From Patellaria atrata CBS 101060 (lineage: Eukaryota): DNA of 64,000 nucleotides. The stretch spans positions 634,666-698,665 of the forward strand of contig MU006098.1 of assembly GCA_010093705.1 (NCBI GenBank). The letters are read 5' to 3'. The notes beneath the pieces are model-generated. The model did no database searches. It had not been told where the DNA came from and worked only from the letters and a program-made list of their open reading frames with translations. Positions 63,167 to 64,000 of the stretch are shown piece by piece; position 1 is the first letter of the stretch, and each line of letters begins with the position of its first letter. A program made the translations under genes and the position numbers.

Positions 63167-64000
63167 ATGGCAGAAACCGTCCTCCTTACCGGCGCTTCTG
63201 GCAACATCGGTAACGTCACCCTCATCCACCTCCTCGCCGCTGGCTATAAGGTCCGCGCTGTACTACGCTCCCTCCAAAAGACCCGCGCGGCCTTGGAAGC
63301 GCAATTTCCCGTCGCAATGTCTTCCGGTGCGCTCACCTTTGTCGAGATCCCCGACATGACAATCCCGGGGTCCTTCGACGCAGCCACAGAAGGCGTGGGT
63401 TATGCCATCCATGTCGCAACGCCGTTGGCCGGGTCGGACTATGTGGAGACAATGGCGAAACCGGCGGTTAAAGTTAACGAAAATGTATTAGAAGCAGCGA
63501 GGAAGGCGGGGACCGTGAAAAGGATAGTCATCACTGGGTCCATCGTCTCGATCGTTCCATTCAAAGATGTTCGGGAAGGGTATACCTTCTCTGAGAAAGA
63601 CTGGACGGATATCGGACCTGAGCAGGCGGCCCAAAGCATTCAAGGTGGGTACGTGTACTCGAAGGTGCTGTCGGAGAGGAAGGCGTGGGAGTGGATTAAG
63701 GAGAAGAAGCCTGGTTTCGATTTGGTGGTGCTGAATGTGCCGAGTGTGATAGGCCGTAGCCCGGAACCGTTTTATACTCCGCGACCTGCAGTGATTGGGG
63801 GTAATGGAAGCTTGGTGAGGGAGCTATTCGATGTGGAGAAAGTGGGATCCTTGGTTCCATTTTCCTCGTAAGTTCCTTCACTCATCCACCCAGTACTAGA
63901 AACGCAAAAGACCTTCGCAATATCTCCTATCATTTATCTTTTGCTAACATTCTCAGGGACGTTGACGACGTAGCTCGTCTCCATGTCCTGTCCCTCAACG
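63167..64000 (+). CDS. NAD-dependent epimerase/dehydratase (extended SDR, aldehyde reductase/Gre2-like), 3'-partial
   Basis: VLLTGASGNIG Rossmann motif, IHVATP, RIVITGS and catalytic YVYSK. Intron at ~63868-63956, then DVDDVARLHV, running off the end of the window. Confidence 0.9.

Noticed and set aside
1..64000. CRISPR arrays, rRNA, intact transposons or a secondary-metabolite cluster
   Set aside because: Eukaryotic DNA with no repeat-spacer array, no 5S/rDNA motif, no transposase or RT ORF, and no PKS/NRPS backbone gene seen.

Overview
Eukaryotic, intron-rich filamentous-ascomycete (Pezizomycotina-type) DNA with GT-AG introns and CTRAC branch points. About 20 intact genes are visible. Housekeeping genes: NTO1-like PHD protein, cystinosin/ERS1, NAT3, POB3, NNF1, TRM61-like methyltransferase and DCR2-like phosphatase. 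Others: an AmyR-type Zn2Cys6 regulator, an RGS-LOV-type photoreceptor, a secreted FAD oxidase, DUF3431, cytochrome b561-domain, 6PGD-like and epimerase/reductase genes, and several orphans. These are interleaved with decayed zones holding F-box-type pseudogenes, one broken by RIP-type stop codons. The most striking observation is invisible in the ORF track: two diverged paralogous copies (25032-25176 minus, 58510-58675 plus) of a roughly 145-165 nt structured RNA gene. Each has Pol III A/B boxes, a 5'/3' closing stem around a loop of tandem ~15-nt pyrimidine-rich units, two UUCG hairpins, a T-tract and conserved upstream flanks. It does not fold as a tRNA and I cannot assign it to a known family. 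All calls are by eye with no database search, so coordinates may be off by a few bases.
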